A DNA stretch of 63,907 bases, filler included, from Choristocarpus tenellus KU-1152 (Eukaryota > Protista > Phaeophyceae): assembly GCA_964200185.2 (NCBI GenBank). It is 10 parts of 10 records of this genome, joined end to end, with 100 filler letters (N's around TTAATTAATTAA, not from the genome) between each part and the next. Parts side by side here need not be neighbours in the genome. Positions count along the whole stretch, not along the records: positions 60,873 to 63,907 come from CAXNAD020022786.1; 9 more parts are not named here. One strand, written 5' to 3'. The notes under the pieces were generated by a model that saw nothing but the letters and a program-made list of their open reading frames with translations, was not told where the DNA came from and searched no databases. Within the stretch, counting starts at the first letter, position 1. Each line of letters opens with the position of its first letter. A program made the position numbers and the translations under genes. Below, piece by piece: positions 63,864 to 63,907 of the stretch.

Positions 63864-63907
63864 GTGTGTAGAGGAAGAGGGGGGGGGGGGGAGCAATGGA
63901 ACTTGGG

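Overview
Eukaryotic, intron-rich nuclear DNA, most likely from a brown alga or close ochrophyte relative (inference: GT-AG introns of 0.1-1.3 kb, signal peptide + 'A-x-(A/S)-F' plastid-targeting presequences, TTAGGG-type repeats, axonemal genes). It is not one locus: ten contigs are joined by 100-nt N...TTAATTAATTAA...N linkers (12119, 16750, 22380, 25835, 33749, 38800, 42020, 53978, 60773), so adjacency across linkers means nothing. Genes I could reconstruct by splicing: an apparently complete 9-exon bacterial ArsO-like flavin monooxygenase; partial kinesin, ABCC/MRP transporter, probable CDC48/AFG2-type AAA ATPase, plastid-targeted TLDc-like protein, SPAG16/PF20, DNAH1-type inner-arm dynein (head-to-head with SPAG16 across 310 bp) and a plastid-targeted Lon-N-domain protein; plus one tRNA-Ser(UGA). 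The rest is rich in mobile DNA: a decayed chromodomain-bearing Ty3/gypsy pol, an RTE-like LINE relic, several fragments of a CRE-like (restriction-like endonuclease) non-LTR element whose 3' end is repeatedly followed by the same foldback repeat, and three MITE families with related GAGTC/GGxTC ends and 3-bp TSDs. No CRISPR or prokaryotic defence system is present. The best leads are the intron-containing ArsO-like enzyme, the possibly site-specific CRE-like element and the SPAG16-DNAH1 bidirectional pair. All family assignments come from motif recognition, not database searches.
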